DNA of 29,601 bases from NCBI GenBank assembly GCA_029856365.1, contig JAHQWW010000033.1, positions 1 through 29,601 of the forward strand, read 5' to 3'. Source of the DNA: Candidatus Hodarchaeota archaeon (GTDB lineage Archaea; Asgardarchaeota; Heimdallarchaeia; Hodarchaeales; Hodarchaeaceae). Under the pieces are notes generated by a model. The model had not been told where the DNA came from, did no database searches, and saw only the letters and a program-made list of their open reading frames with translations. Made by a program: the position numbers and the translations under genes. Shown one piece after another: positions 27,963-29,601 of the stretch (position 1 is its first letter; each line of letters begins with the position of its first letter).

Positions 27963-29129
27963 GTGATGTTCAAATTAATTGAATATAAGCGTTCAAAAGA
28001 TTTGAATAAGAGGAAAAAACCTTTGAAATATACAAAAATACCTAAAACTAATAAAAAGATTTCAAAAATTGGTTTTGGTACCCGTCAATTAAAATTAAAT
28101 GCAAATTCAGATTACTTAAGGAGATTAATTGACACCTCCATTGATCTAGGAATTAATTTTTTTTGCACATCTTCAAATTATCAAGAAGGGAAGGTTGAAG
28201 CCAAGCTTGGTCAACTTCTCTCAGGAGTTAGGGATGAAGTGATGGTAGCAACTTCTGGTGGAGTTTCACATCGAGATGGGAAAATTATTGTTGATTCAAG
28301 TCCTGTAGCACTTGAAAAAGGTATTCAACAGAGTCTTAAGAATCTGAAGATTGACTATTTAGATCATTTTGAAATCCATTTTCATGATCCTCTTACACCT
28401 TTAGAAGAGTCATTATCATACCTCTCAGATTTGCTAGAGAATGATATCATCAAATCTGTTGGTACATCTAGTTTTCACACTGATATACTCAAAAAATGGG
28501 AGGAGCTTATTCCAACAAGTCTTGTTCAAGTTCCTCTAAATCCAATGCAGACAAAGGCATATAATTCAGTTTTAGGAACTTGTCAGCAATTAAATATAGG
28601 AATTTTGACATATTCACCCTTACTCGGTGGATTTTTAGCAAAAAAACTCAATCAATTTCCAAGTTACTTAAACAAGATGTTTTATTCTCCTGACAATTGG
28701 CAGAATAGTGTAATTCAACTAACACACAATTTAGCAGAATTAAGTCAAGAAACCAACAAGACGATTTCTCAATTAATCTTAAATTGGATTTTAACCCATG
28801 AGGAATTAACCAGTGTTCTTGTAGGTACGAATAGTATTGACCATTTAATAGAAAATGGGTTAATTGTTGATCATCCCATTTCATCGTTATTAGTGGAACG
28901 TATTGATAAAATTATCAATTCTCAGATTGAACTTCTACAAACTAACAACATTAGAGATAAACCAAGATTTGAAGCAATAGTAGAATCTATTTCCACTAAT
29001 CCTGAGGGAGATTATGTTGCAACTTTCGAATCAGGATTAAAAATATCTGTCCCTCGACAGTACAAAGTTGGGGCTAAACTCTATTTAGATATTGAAACAG
29101 GGGAAGTAATAAAACATGTTTTCTCTTAA
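27963..29129 (+). CDS. Aldo-keto reductase-fold protein (degenerate catalytic tetrad) with a C-terminal EF-P domain-III-like OB fold
   Basis: ISKIGFGT, GINFFCTSSNY, SLKNLKIDYLDHFEIH, YSPLLGGFL, QLILNW, VLVGT..IDHLIEN. Tail ATFESGLKISVP...VGAKLYLDIETGE. Likely start TTG 28023. Confidence 0.85.
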   Translation: MMFKLIEYKRSKDLNKRKKPLKYTKIPKTNKKISKIGFGTRQLKLNANSDYLRRLIDTSIDLGINFFCTSSNYQEGKVEAKLGQLLSGVRDEVMVATSGGVSHRDGKIIVDSSPVALEKGIQQSLKNLKIDYLDHFEIHFHDPLTPLEESLSYLSDLLENDIIKSVGTSSFHTDILKKWEELIPTSLVQVPLNPMQTKAYNSVLGTCQQLNIGILTYSPLLGGFLAKKLNQFPSYLNKMFYSPDNWQNSVIQLTHNLAELSQETNKTISQLILNWILTHEELTSVLVGTNSIDHLIENGLIVDHPISSLLVERIDKIINSQIELLQTNNIRDKPRFEAIVESISTNPEGDYVATFESGLKISVPRQYKVGAKLYLDIETGEVIKHVFS

Positions 29130-29601
29130 TGGTACACATTCTTTCTCAACGATTGAAAGTTAGAAAAAATAGTATCGGTACAAAATGCCTTTTAAATTAA
29201 CGATCTATTCAAATAAAAAGAACTCTGATCTAAAAAGCCTGTAATCAATATTAAAGACTTCACATTGAATCTATGAGTGATATTGATCTATATAGCTCTG
29301 TTGATTATTTACAAGATAAATAAGAAGTTCTGATCCTCACAATTGGTTTTACATTTAGGTAAAGATAATCCTATTGGTGAGTCTTTCTTTTTTCTCCTAC
29401 CAGAAGCTTATACTTTTGGTAAATGGTCGAAACCTGATAATGTAAAATCTCTTATGAGTGATATTAAACATTTGCCTGAATATTGGGGTAGAGGACTAGG
29501 TTCGGAGGGAATGCGTTTGGTTGTCCGTTTCGTTTTTACTAATACGAAGTGTGAACTCTTTGTTATCCCCCCTTCATTGACTCAATACTGCAGTAAGTCG
29601 A
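29129..29601 (+). pseudogene. Disrupted RimJ/RimL-type GNAT acetyltransferase
   Basis: ATG 29129 overlaps the AKR stop (TAATG) and encodes MVHILSQRLKVRK..., which stops at 29198-29200 with further stops in that frame. A different frame after TGA 29331-29333 encodes PEYWGRGLGSEGMRLVVRFVF (GNAT motif A) and runs off the edge. Confidence 0.6.

Noticed and set aside
1349-28884. About 25 short (60-108 aa) ORFs in the track, nested in or antisense to larger genes (e.g. 8090-8416, 8804-9091, 10378-10647, 12384-12647, 13428-13673)
   Set aside because: They overlap well-supported CDSs, show no recognisable motifs and are expected shadow ORFs.
29331-29333. In-frame TGA before the GNAT motif as possible selenocysteine recoding (a YgeY-like gene is in the window)
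   Set aside because: The GNAT N-terminus is in another frame with several TAA stops, so one readthrough cannot restore the gene. I recognised no SECIS.
29273-29465. 12-nt direct repeat ATGAGTGATATT at 29273 and 29454
   Set aside because: Only two copies in AT-rich DNA, with no array or element structure.

Overview
AT-rich archaeal DNA with BRE/TATA promoters and GGTGA-type ribosome-binding sites. A DENN-like protein and a CCDC47-like membrane protein suggest an Asgard archaeon (inference). About 21 intact or edge-truncated CDSs and one decayed GNAT gene are present. I saw no rRNA, tRNA, CRISPR array or transposase. Main contents: (i) four N6-adenine (TaqI/Eco57I-like) methyltransferases with no recognisable restriction nuclease, one translationally coupled to a CCA-adding enzyme and one 5 bp upstream of a histone-deacetylase-family gene; (ii) a class II (bacterial/eukaryotic-type) CCA-adding enzyme fused to an apparently circularly permuted P-loop kinase whose Walker A is at the extreme C-terminus; (iii) an uncharacterised module of an APC permease with a long leader, a metallophosphoesterase, two paralogous Pol-beta-fold nucleotidyltransferases and two small hypothetical genes; (iv) a catalytically degenerate aldo-keto reductase fused to an EF-P domain-III-like OB fold; (v) ordinary metabolic genes (class III aminotransferase, YgeY-like M20 hydrolase, VOC protein, Zn-ADH, ThDP enzyme, wHTH regulator). 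All family calls come from motif recognition by eye; no searches were run.
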